Assembly (NCBI RefSeq): GCF_001306055.1
Contig: NZ_LGHJ01000021.1
Span: 19,663-51,662 of the forward strand
Direction: 5' to 3'
DNA: 32,000 bases
DNA from: Bellilinea caldifistulae
GTDB lineage: Bacteria; Chloroflexota; Anaerolineae; Anaerolineales; Anaerolineaceae
Part shown: positions 8,510 to 16,936 of the stretch, piece by piece
How positions within the stretch are numbered: the stretch's first letter is position 1
How the letters are laid out: each line of letters opens with the position of its first letter
Position numbers and translations under genes: made by a program
The notes under the pieces: model-generated
Told to the model about the DNA's origin: nothing
The model's database searches: none
The model's input: only the letters and a program-made list of their open reading frames with translations

Positions 8510-9685
8510 TCACCAGAATGAGGGTTGACCGGGGATTTTTTTGCCGTTCAGGAGGATATAAGGCGATACCCGATTCACGGGAATACCAAGGTGCCTTAAT
8601 TCAGATTCTGATTTGATTTTTGAGTTTCGGCGAAATTGGAGAATGCGCCGGGCTGTTTTTGGACCAATCCCCGGTATTCGGACAAGAAGGGAAAAATCAG
8701 CCTTGTTTAATTCAATCGGAGAATGCAAGAGATGAGCTTGCGCCCAAAGTGTTTTTGGATCTTGATCGAGCGGTAAATTTCCAGAAGAAGTGAAGAAGAA
8801 ATCGTCAGTTTTAAACCCATAATCCCGAATCAGAAATGAGGCCTGGTACAGGCGAAGGGGTCTTAATGGATCAGCGGGGGGCAGGTTTTCCAAAGGGGTA
8901 TCGGGGATGGGGGAGAAGCGGGAGTAATAAATGCGGCTGAGTTTAAGCCGAGTGAACAAATCCGCCGAGGTTTGTAGAATTTCTACATCGGTTTCGTTGG
9001 CTGCTCCAACGACCAGTTGGGTAACAAGGGAGGGTATTTGGACATTTTGATGAGCATTCTGTAAAGATTGACGAAGTTCGTTTGCCCATTGGAGTACCTG
9101 CCACAATTCTTCGTGAAACTTCTTGCGGGGGGCCAGGTACTTCAGTCTTTCTTGATTGGGGGCTTCCAGATTGACCGAAACGCGCGTGGCTAATTGCAAG
9201 GCGCGAAGGATCTGGTCTTTTTCGGCACCGGGCATTAACTTGAGGTGGATATACCCCGCATATTGGTATTTTGTTCTGAGTATTTCGGCCGTATCCAGAA
9301 TCTTGTCCTGAGTTCGAATCCCACCGCCGACCATTCCCGAACTGAGAAACAGCCCCTGCACCAGTCCAGCGGTGGTCATTTGAGAAAAGATTTGGGCCAT
9401 CTCGACTGGTTGTAAGGTGGCTCGGCGGAAATCACGGCCGGCACGAAACGGGCAGTAAAGGCAGTTTTTCTCGCAGGCTGAAGTTAAGAGGGTTTTCAGG
9501 AGTGGTGTACGGCCGCCACCCGATCTTTTTGCCCAAAAAATTGCCGGTGCCTCCCTCATTTTTGGTTTGGGGGAATAACATTCAGGCGGAGTGTCGTGTG
9601 ATTCTTCTAACTCAAACTCGGTTTGACTGGTCAGAAGATGGAAATTGGCCAAATTAGTAGTGTCCACATCCTTATTATAGAACAT
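8510..9685 (-). CDS. Radical SAM protein with a C-terminal helix-hairpin-helix ('putative DNA modification/repair radical SAM protein' type)
   Basis: CX3CX2C cluster motif CEKNCLYC, then GLFLSSGMVGG, GYIHLKLMPGA, VSVNLEAPNQERLKYLAPRK, and a C-terminal HhH IPGIGPKTARRIL. Confidence 0.8.
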   Translation of the reverse strand: MFYNKDVDTTNLANFHLLTSQTEFELEESHDTPPECYSPKPKMREAPAIFWAKRSGGGRTPLLKTLLTSACEKNCLYCPFRAGRDFRRATLQPVEMAQIFSQMTTAGLVQGLFLSSGMVGGGIRTQDKILDTAEILRTKYQYAGYIHLKLMPGAEKDQILRALQLATRVSVNLEAPNQERLKYLAPRKKFHEELWQVLQWANELRQSLQNAHQNVQIPSLVTQLVVGAANETDVEILQTSADLFTRLKLSRIYYSRFSPIPDTPLENLPPADPLRPLRLYQASFLIRDYGFKTDDFFFTSSGNLPLDQDPKTLWAQAHLLHSPIELNKADFSLLVRIPGIGPKTARRILQFRRNSKIKSESELRHLGIPVNRVSPYILLNGKKIPGQPSFW

Positions 9686-10072
9686 TTATTCGTAATATGC
9701 AATCCAGAAAACAACGGAATTTTGGGATTGCCGGTTTGGAATAAGGATTTCCAAATATTTTATCGGAGTCGTTGGGCAGTCGCCGTCATCTCTCATAAAG
9801 GTTTGCAGGATTGTGGGGGAGATTTCTCCGCTGCACTTGAAATGACATTAAACGGTTGAGATCAATGGGAAGTGACGAAGAGTGGTGTGTCAATCTCTTA
9901 CAAATCCATTTGGGAGGGTATGAGCGTGACTCTCTCCTGTACTGGCAAGTATCAGTTTGGTTGGGGTCAAATGATAATAATGGTGTGGAACTTATCCCAA
10001 ACGGACTTTATTTATAATAAAGAGTACATCTGGCGGGTTAAATCCCGAATGGGAGTTATAAAGAGAGCGTTC

Positions 10073-10765
10073 ATGAATTTGACTGAGTTGCTTATGAATA
10101 TTTGGGGTGGTCTGATACGGTGGTTCTTTCAATTACTGTATCATCAATTTTCCTTCGCTTATGATTGGGTGGCTGCCTGGGTATCCGGCGGAAAATGGAA
10201 AGAGTGGGTGTATGAAAGCGGTAAATTTTTCAATGATGAGCCGATTCTCGAAATCGGATTTGGCCCCGGTCATTTGCAAAAAGAATATTTATTGAAAGGA
10301 AAACACATCTTTGGGCTGGACGAGAGCCGTTTTATGTGCCATTTAGCCAGAAAACGTTTAGAGAAGCTGAATCTGGCCGGCCAACAATCCAGTTTGTGCC
10401 GGGGGATTGCTCAGTATCTTCCCTTTGCGGGCGACTCCTTTTCGACGATCCTGATGACCTTCCCCACCCAATATGCACTGGACGAAAGGACAATTGGGGA
10501 ATGTTGGCGGATTTTGCGCTCCCAGGGAAAAATTGTGATTTTGCTAGCCGTAAGACAGGGCGGTGATTCGCTGTACAAACGGTTGATTCGCTGGTTGTTT
10601 GGTATCACCCATCAAAGTCCAGAAAACGAGGTGTATCAGACAATCTGGACACAACGCTATGGTGCTGCTGGATTTCGTGTCGAGCAGGTATGGCATCGGT
10701 TGGGGGATGATCACCTGTGGTTTGTCGTGGCAGAAAAGGAATCAACTCCCTTTGCGAATGGCTAA
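10073..10765 (+). CDS. Class I SAM-dependent methyltransferase
   Basis: Motif I is ILEIGFGPGHL, motif post-I is IFGLDES, and an LPFAGDSFSTILM acidic loop is present. I chose ATG 10073 (ATG 10049 is also possible). The track's extra 67 aa from 9872 are W/C-rich and not protein-like. Confidence 0.75.
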   Translation: MNLTELLMNIWGGLIRWFFQLLYHQFSFAYDWVAAWVSGGKWKEWVYESGKFFNDEPILEIGFGPGHLQKEYLLKGKHIFGLDESRFMCHLARKRLEKLNLAGQQSSLCRGIAQYLPFAGDSFSTILMTFPTQYALDERTIGECWRILRSQGKIVILLAVRQGGDSLYKRLIRWLFGITHQSPENEVYQTIWTQRYGAAGFRVEQVWHRLGDDHLWFVVAEKESTPFANG

Positions 10766-10786
10766 AAAACCTGTAAAATCAGTGCT

Positions 10787-11509
10787 ATGGAAATTCAAAT
10801 CGCAGTTGCCAAGGTCACCAAATTTGGTTCGTTAGAGAGTGGTGATTCTGTTGAGATTATTGAACGGCCTAACGGTGGATTATCGGTGGTCATGTGCGAT
10901 GGTCAGACTTCCGGCAGGGAAGCCAAGATGATCTCAGGCATGGTCGTTCGAAAGGTGATTGGTCTGATTGCGGACGGCATTCGCGATGGTGCAGCAGCTC
11001 GAGCGGCGTCTGATTTGCTTTATACCGAAAGAAATGGGCAATATTCGGTGTATTTGAATATCTTGAGTGCTGATTTGCAGAGCGGTACGATTGTTCTTTC
11101 CAGGAATAATCCTACCCCCATATTCGTTGCTCAAGATAATCATATCGAATGCTTGACGGGTGAATCTCAACCGATAGGCACAGCCAGAAATATCCGTCCT
11201 TTGATTTCGGAAATAACCCTGACACCGGGAACTACGGTTGTGATGTACACCGACGGGATAGCCAATGCAGGTTTGAATATTTCTGGCTTGGGGTTGGATA
11301 TTTGCACTGCATTGGAAGCGGTAATGGACGAGGAAAACCCCAGTGCAGATCGAATTGCCGATTCGATTTTAGGGCAGGCCATCCGTTTGGATTTGGGAAA
11401 ACCACAGGATGACATGACCATTGCGGTTTTACGCATTGCGGCGGCTGGAAAAGACCAGATTCGCCGGTTGAGCGTTCGATTACCTGTGCCGCCTTCTCAG
11501 GACGAATGA
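10787..11509 (+). CDS. Stand-alone SpoIIE/PP2C-family serine phosphatase domain protein
   Basis: ESGDSVEI, VMCDGQTSGREAKM, LTPGTTVVMYTDGI and QDDMTIAVLRI follow the metal-binding Asp pattern of SpoIIE/RsbU-type PPM phosphatases. It starts 21 nt after the methyltransferase stop. Confidence 0.7.
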   Translation: MEIQIAVAKVTKFGSLESGDSVEIIERPNGGLSVVMCDGQTSGREAKMISGMVVRKVIGLIADGIRDGAAARAASDLLYTERNGQYSVYLNILSADLQSGTIVLSRNNPTPIFVAQDNHIECLTGESQPIGTARNIRPLISEITLTPGTTVVMYTDGIANAGLNISGLGLDICTALEAVMDEENPSADRIADSILGQAIRLDLGKPQDDMTIAVLRIAAAGKDQIRRLSVRLPVPPSQDE

Positions 11510-11934
11510 GATTTGAATGGGCGGCTAATCCAAAGGGCAAGCAAAAGTAACAGCAGGCCAATCCCGTCGAATAAGATGAAACGCGCAGCCGTGGCGCGGA
11601 GTATGGCTTCACCCGGTGGAAGGGAAGATTGCAACAAGGTTTCACCGACAAGCCCAATCAATTGCATCAGGTTTGCTTCAATCAGAGAAAGCCGGTTTTG
11701 AAGCGGATTCCAGAAGGCGAAGACATAGGGGATATTCCACATCAAAAACAAAATTCCAAATCCCTGAACCAACACTTTGCCGGAGAAACCTTCCAGTTGA
11801 AACGAAGAGATGTAGGGGGAGGGAGTAACGATAAACAAGAATGCAGCCTGCAAATTCCAGAATAATACAATTCCGATGAAAAGGGATGAAAAAAGCCGTC
11901 TTCTATTGCGCGTAGCCATTGGAATTTTTCCCAT
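11497..11934 (-). CDS. Small integral membrane protein with about 4 TM helices, unknown function
   Basis: Four hydrophobic segments, for example LFSSLFIGIVLFWNLQAAFLFIV and FILFDGIGLLLLLLALWI. No family was recognised. There is a 13-nt convergent overlap with the phosphatase gene. Confidence 0.55.
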   Translation of the reverse strand: MGKIPMATRNRRRLFSSLFIGIVLFWNLQAAFLFIVTPSPYISSFQLEGFSGKVLVQGFGILFLMWNIPYVFAFWNPLQNRLSLIEANLMQLIGLVGETLLQSSLPPGEAILRATAARFILFDGIGLLLLLLALWISRPFKSHSS

Positions 11935-12043
11935 AATGTTAATCCAATGTAAACATTACAAAAAAGATAAACTAACCAACATAACCGGATAGTGTAGTAC
12001 AATCAATTCCGATGGTAATTAAATCACAAAAGAATGTTGAATT

Positions 12044-13144
12044 ATGAAAATTAGTGCTGTCATTTCGCCCCACGGATTTGGTCACGCATCGCGGACGGTT
12101 GCTGTTTTGCAAATGCTTCATCGGATCATTTCAGACTGTCAATTCGATGTGATTACCAGTGTACCCGAATGGTTTTTTGAGGACTCGTTGAAGGTCGAAA
12201 GATATGCGTACATTCCCTTTGAAACCGATGTGGGGGTGGTACAACTTTCGCCTTTTGTTGAAGATTTACCCGGAACGGTCGAGCGGTTAAAGTCCTTTTT
12301 GCCTTTTACAAATGAAAAAGTCCTTTATCTGGCAGAGTTATTGAAAGAACGCAAAAGTGATCTTGTCTTGTGTGATATTTCACCTTTAGGGATTGTGGCA
12401 GCAAAATTGGCAAATATTCCTTCGGTATTGGTGGAAAACTTTACCTGGGATTGGATTTATGAGGGTTATATTGAATTAGAACCGCGTTTTAGGGATTTTA
12501 TCACCCTGCTGCGCGATGCCTTTGAGATGGCGGATTATCATATCCAAACTGAACCGGTGTGTGAATACCGGTCTTCAAATCTGGTAAGCCAGCCGGTCTC
12601 GCGTTTGCCGAGAATGCCGCGGCATGTGTTACGGGATGCCCTGAAAATAAGTTCCAATCAGCCAATGGTTCTGATCACCATGGGAGGTATCCCTCAACTT
12701 CTCAATCCATTGCGGCCGCTACAAAGATTTAACGAGGCTGTATTTGTCATTCCAGGCGCAAGCGAACAATATGAGTGGCGGGAGAATCTTTTACTGCTAC
12801 CTCATCACCATTCTTTTTACCATCCTGATCTGGTCAACGCCAGCGATGTTGTTGTGGGAAAACTGGGATACAGCACGATTGCTGAGGCATACCACAGCGG
12901 GGTGCCGTATTTATACATCCCCCGCAACCATTTTCGGGAGACAACCCCTTTAGCCGCTTTTGTGGAATGGGAATTACACGGGATGAGGATTGAAGAAGCA
13001 GATTTCATCCACGGCAAATGGCTGGATGTGCTTCCTTCGGCTCTTGCCATTCCGAAAAAACAAATCGAAACGATGAATGGCTCTCAACAAATTGCTCAAT
13101 TTATTGCCGAGAAATTGGGCATGGGGATTTCCCAACCCCAATGA
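12044..13144 (+). CDS. GT-B fold glycosyltransferase-like protein resembling the N-terminal GT-like domain of plant L-arabinokinase
   Basis: SPHGFGHASRTVAVLQ at the N-terminus, VENFTWDWIY, and a C-terminal GKLGYSTIAEAYHSGVP. The substrate cannot be inferred. Confidence 0.7.
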   Translation: MKISAVISPHGFGHASRTVAVLQMLHRIISDCQFDVITSVPEWFFEDSLKVERYAYIPFETDVGVVQLSPFVEDLPGTVERLKSFLPFTNEKVLYLAELLKERKSDLVLCDISPLGIVAAKLANIPSVLVENFTWDWIYEGYIELEPRFRDFITLLRDAFEMADYHIQTEPVCEYRSSNLVSQPVSRLPRMPRHVLRDALKISSNQPMVLITMGGIPQLLNPLRPLQRFNEAVFVIPGASEQYEWRENLLLLPHHHSFYHPDLVNASDVVVGKLGYSTIAEAYHSGVPYLYIPRNHFRETTPLAAFVEWELHGMRIEEADFIHGKWLDVLPSALAIPKKQIETMNGSQQIAQFIAEKLGMGISQPQ

Positions 13145-13153
13145 CGTAACGCT

Positions 13154-13456
13154 TTATTCCTGTCCGGCGACCCATTTTTCCAAAAAAGGCTGGAATTTAA
13201 CCGGATTGAATTCGATAAACGAATAACGAGCGGCGTGGTTTAGATGATAGGGGTCCTGTTCGAAAAAGATGCGTAATTCATCCTCGGATTCGGCGCGGGC
13301 AATGATAATTCCACCGGTGCGTGGGTTTTTGGGACCGGAACACAACAGGTAGCCCCGATCATAGCCTACCTGTAAGAAGGCCCGATGATGAGGCAAAATT
13401 TCATCAATTTTCTCGATGGGGGCGGTATACTGAATATCTACTAAATAGTGTTTCAT
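13154..13456 (-). CDS. YciI family protein
   Basis: 100 aa. HRAFL...GPKNPRTGGIIIARAESEDELRIFFEQDPY is typical of the YCII-related domain. Confidence 0.8.
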   Translation of the reverse strand: MKHYLVDIQYTAPIEKIDEILPHHRAFLQVGYDRGYLLCSGPKNPRTGGIIIARAESEDELRIFFEQDPYHLNHAARYSFIEFNPVKFQPFLEKWVAGQE

Positions 13457-13492
13457 TTTTCGATCCTTGGCAGAGGGAGTTCTACTCGCCTT

Positions 13493-14197
13493 ATGGGCAA
13501 ATCTGATGATACCACGAGCTCTGAATTTTCTAAAACGATTTCAGTTCCTGCTAATGAATGGCGAGCAGAAATAACCATCGTCAATTCCCGTTTTATTGCG
13601 ATCGCTGCACCTGCTTTTTCGGTGGAAGATGCACGAAATTTTATCCAGCGTATCCGCAGTGAGTTTGCGGACGCAACCCACCATGTTCCGGCTTACCTGA
13701 TTGGTCACGGTACAACTGTCATTGAACATTGTAACGATGACGGCGAACCCGTAGGCACTGCTGGCAAGCCGGTTTTAAGCGTTTTGAAAGGCAGCGGAAT
13801 CGGGAATATCGTCGTGGTAGTGGTGCGTTACTTTGGAGGGACAAAATTGGGCAGCGGTGGGCTGGTCAAAGCCTATCAGCAGGTGACCAAGGCGGTGCTT
13901 GCCGAGTTGCCGCTTGCAAAACAAGTGAAGGCATGTGAATTAGTGTGTATCGTGGGTTATTCCGATTATCAAAAAGTCCGGCGTTTGATTGAGAACAAGG
14001 ACGGTGAGGTAATAGAAGAGAATTTTACCGATCGGGTCAGCCTTAAAGTGCAGATACCTCTTTCAAATCTGACTGATTTTGAACGATCTTTGGGTGATTT
14101 GACCCACGGGATGGCCAAGGTAACCACGCTTAAACCGGAAGTGATGGTTCTTCGTCCGGCGTTAAATCTCGCGCCATCTCAACCGCACCGTCAATAA
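13493..14197 (+). CDS. YigZ / IMPACT family (UPF0029) protein
   Basis: NSRFIAIAAP, ATHHVPAYL, CNDDGEPVGTAGKPVL and VVVVRYFGGTKLGSGGLVKAY motifs. I prefer ATG 13493 (GGGAG upstream) to 13448, which would overlap the divergent yciI-like start. Confidence 0.85.
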   Translation: MGKSDDTTSSEFSKTISVPANEWRAEITIVNSRFIAIAAPAFSVEDARNFIQRIRSEFADATHHVPAYLIGHGTTVIEHCNDDGEPVGTAGKPVLSVLKGSGIGNIVVVVVRYFGGTKLGSGGLVKAYQQVTKAVLAELPLAKQVKACELVCIVGYSDYQKVRRLIENKDGEVIEENFTDRVSLKVQIPLSNLTDFERSLGDLTHGMAKVTTLKPEVMVLRPALNLAPSQPHRQ

Positions 14198-15290
14198 GGT
14201 CTTTCTGAATGAAACGCCGGCGATAATTGACCAATCCAAGCAGTAGAGCCAGTTCGAAAATGGCATTGATCGAAGCTGAGAATTGATCCAGATAAAAAAC
14301 CAATAAGTTGACAATCGTGAGGGAAGTGGTAAGCACCAGAATGCCGATCCGAACGGCAATTTTTTCGCGTTTCAAAATCAGCAGCAACCCTGCAGCAACC
14401 GAAAAAAATCCAATTGCGGCCTGACTTGCGGTTTTGACAATTAACCATTCTGGGGGAATATTGGGCGGGAGGGTCTGGATGATTTCAATAAACCTTTCTG
14501 GTTGTCCATTGATGGTTTGGATGGACAGCAGGGTCAGGTTAAATAAACCCAGAATAGAGATCAATCCATGCCAGAATAAGCCCATTATCAATAAAAAATA
14601 TAACCGTTGTCGGGTAAAAACGCTCTCGAAATTTGTGACCAGTTGCTCCCACTTGATGAGAAGACCGGATTTAGAAGGGGCCGGGTTGGTTAGCAGGTCG
14701 CTTTGTAAGAAGTGAAGCAAAGATTGTGCCAGACGAACCAGTGTTGCATCGGTTGATGTGTGGATGATGTGAGTCAGGCGCTGGATGAGGTAAGATTTTT
14801 CTTCCTCGTCCAGATCTTCGTCCAGTAACTCTTCCATCATGCTAAAGATGTGATACAAGTCCTCGCGAGTGGTGGAAGGACGCGGCTTGCGAAATTGGGT
14901 GTAAATCAACACCGTGAGAAGAAAGCTGGCGTAAATCAGCGGTGCGGCGGGAGGGTAGAAGTAATCATTGGTTTGGGTGATGAATTTTCCGATTTCATCA
15001 ATAAAAAGGCCAAAGCCCATGCCGCTCAACAATGCCGACCAGAATAGTGCCCAACGGTTGGCAAACATGATTGGTAATAAGGCTGCGGCAAATAATATCA
15101 GTCCTCCCCAAATGACATGGGCGATATGCAGAGTACCAAATTCAACGCGTGGGTAATTGGTCAGTTCTAAAAATAAGCGAATGCCCAATACAGTGGCGGC
15201 AAAACTGATCAGAGAAATAAGTAAATATCGTTCAGCCAGCAATTGCTTGACCGGGCTTTTTTTGCGGATAGAGGATTTGTTCACGAACAT
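14130..15290 (-). CDS. Polytopic membrane protein, unknown function
   Basis: 386 aa. The N-terminal and C-terminal TM bundles are separated by a soluble segment with an acidic run (MMEELLDEDLDEEEKSYL). AGGA lies upstream of the ATG. No family was recognised. Confidence 0.6.
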   Translation of the reverse strand: MFVNKSSIRKKSPVKQLLAERYLLISLISFAATVLGIRLFLELTNYPRVEFGTLHIAHVIWGGLILFAAALLPIMFANRWALFWSALLSGMGFGLFIDEIGKFITQTNDYFYPPAAPLIYASFLLTVLIYTQFRKPRPSTTREDLYHIFSMMEELLDEDLDEEEKSYLIQRLTHIIHTSTDATLVRLAQSLLHFLQSDLLTNPAPSKSGLLIKWEQLVTNFESVFTRQRLYFLLIMGLFWHGLISILGLFNLTLLSIQTINGQPERFIEIIQTLPPNIPPEWLIVKTASQAAIGFFSVAAGLLLILKREKIAVRIGILVLTTSLTIVNLLVFYLDQFSASINAIFELALLLGLVNYRRRFIQKDLIDGAVEMARDLTPDEEPSLPV

Positions 15291-15400
15291 TCATCCTGAT
15301 TGACTGCTTTACCGGTATTATATAATGATTCATCCTGTGATATACTTCAACATAATCCTCCCTAAATTTATCCAATAATTCCATTTCGCAAGGTGAACAA

Positions 15401-16036
15401 ATGGACACTATCAAAATAAATCACAGCGATGAACCCATTCGTCTGTTCAAGTCGGATTTTTTGGAATTTTTCACCCACATTTCACCGATTGTCGTGGTCA
15501 TCATCTGGCTTCCAGTAGCGGTGTTTTTCTTCATTCGGGGGATTCTGATCAAACCGGCATTTGTTTCGGTATTCTTTATCCCATTTGGTTTTATTTTCGG
15601 CCTTTTTTTGTGGACTCTGGCGGAATACCTGCTGCACCGATTCCTTTTTCACTATAAGCCGAAAACACCTCAGCAAGAAAAGATTTTTTATCTCTTCCAC
15701 GGTGTACATCACGAACAACCTCAATGCAAGACTCGCCTGGTAATGCCTCCGGTCGTCAGTATTCCATTAGCACTTGTGTTTTATGGGATTTATCATCTAT
15801 TATTTGGAGTTTTGTTACAGGCTCCATTTATGACAGCAATGGTTTTTTCCGGATTTATTGTCGGTTACTTGATGTATGACATTACTCATTATGCTACGCA
15901 TCACTGGCCAATGCGCAGCGGAATCTTGAAAGCATTGAAGCGCCATCACATGCGGCATCACTATAAAACTCCGAACCAACGTTTCGGAGTCTCCTCACCA
16001 TTGTGGGACTATATTTTCGGGACTCGTGGTGAATAA
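15401..16036 (+). CDS. Fatty acid hydroxylase superfamily protein (FA2H/Scs7-like core, no cytochrome b5 domain)
   Basis: Four histidine boxes: HRFLFH, HGVHHEQP, HYATHH and HHMRHHY. TM segments are present and the length is 211 aa. Confidence 0.8.
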   Translation: MDTIKINHSDEPIRLFKSDFLEFFTHISPIVVVIIWLPVAVFFFIRGILIKPAFVSVFFIPFGFIFGLFLWTLAEYLLHRFLFHYKPKTPQQEKIFYLFHGVHHEQPQCKTRLVMPPVVSIPLALVFYGIYHLLFGVLLQAPFMTAMVFSGFIVGYLMYDITHYATHHWPMRSGILKALKRHHMRHHYKTPNQRFGVSSPLWDYIFGTRGE

Positions 16037-16053
16037 TTTCCATTCATGCGGCC

Positions 16054-16090
16054 AAAAAGCGGCTGCCCTTGTATGTGGCAGCCGCTTTTA
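16054..16090. terminator. Bidirectional intrinsic terminator between the hydroxylase gene and gpmA
   Basis: The 9-bp GC-rich stem GCGGCTGCC / GGCAGCCGC (16059-16067 and 16077-16085) is flanked by AAAAA upstream and TTTTA downstream. It can therefore terminate both convergent genes. Confidence 0.7.
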
Positions 16091-16111
16091 TTATCCTTAA
16101 CAAGCCAGTGG

Positions 16112-16867
16112 TTATTCTTTTTTGGCCAAACCCTGTCGTGCAACGGCTTCAGCGGCGGCTTTGACGGCTTCTTCGTCCGCCAGATATCGGCGAGACACCA
16201 CTTTGAGTTGATCATCCAGTTGATAGGCCAGAGGGATACCGGTAGGAATGTTTAGTTCGGTAATGTCTTCGTCAGAAATTTGATCAAGGTACTTGACCAA
16301 CGCCCGCAGACTGTTGCCGTGGGCAACAATCAGGATTTTTTCACCTGCTTTGAGGCGTGGGACAATTTTCTCATTCCAGTAAGGCATCACCCTCTCCAGG
16401 GTCATTTTCAAGGATTCGGTGGCAGGCAACAGGGCAGGATCAACCTTGGCATAACGGGGGTCAAAGCGCGGGTGACGGGGGTCATCCAGTGAAAGAGCAG
16501 GCGGAGGGGTTGCGTAACTGCGCCGCCAGATGTGCACCTGTTCGTTTCCGTACTTTGCGGCAGTCTCGGCTTTATTCAAACCTTGCAATGCGCCATAATG
16601 CCGTTCATTCAGCTGCCAGGCGCGCTCAACCGGCAACCACATCAAGTCCATTTCGTCCAAAATGATCCAAAGTGTTCGGATGGCGCGTTTTAACACCGAA
16701 GTAAATACGTAATCGAAAGTAAATTTTTCTGCAAGCATTTGCTGACCGGCAAGACGGGCTTCCTCTTTGCCAATGTCGGTCAGGTCAACGTCAGTCCAGC
16801 CGGTAAATCGATTTTCCAGATTCCACAGGCTTTGCCCATGGCGTACAAGAACAAGGTTCTCTTTCAT
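16112..16867 (-). CDS. gpmA: 2,3-bisphosphoglycerate-dependent phosphoglycerate mutase
   Basis: [26 protein letters not shown] (RHG catalytic motif), ERHYGALQG and [11 protein letters not shown] prefer ATG 16867 (AGGAG 7 nt upstream) to the track start at 16885. Confidence 0.9.
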   Translation of the reverse strand: MKENLVLVRHGQSLWNLENRFTGWTDVDLTDIGKEEARLAGQQMLAEKFTFDYVFTSVLKRAIRTLWIILDEMDLMWLPVERAWQLNERHYGALQGLNKAETAAKYGNEQVHIWRRSYATPPPALSLDDPRHPRFDPRYAKVDPALLPATESLKMTLERVMPYWNEKIVPRLKAGEKILIVAHGNSLRALVKYLDQISDEDITELNIPTGIPLAYQLDDQLKVVSRRYLADEEAVKAAAEAVARQGLAKKE

Positions 16868-16936
16868 GGCTAACTCCTGGTTCATTCAAATTTGGTTTGA
16901 AAACTTCTGAAGAGATTATAACCGAGAATCAGCTGG

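Noticed and set aside
8123-8616. Four overlapping track ORFs (8123-8440 +, 8210-8407 -, 8283-8513 -, 8302-8616 +)
   Set aside because: The region is explained by the glycine riboswitch, its terminator and promoter. The translations are low-complexity and have no start context.
9872-10072. N-terminal 67 codons of the methyltransferase ORF
   Set aside because: The peptide is W/C/K-rich with no resemblance to methyltransferase N-termini. Internal ATGs at 10049 and 10073 precede the conserved region.
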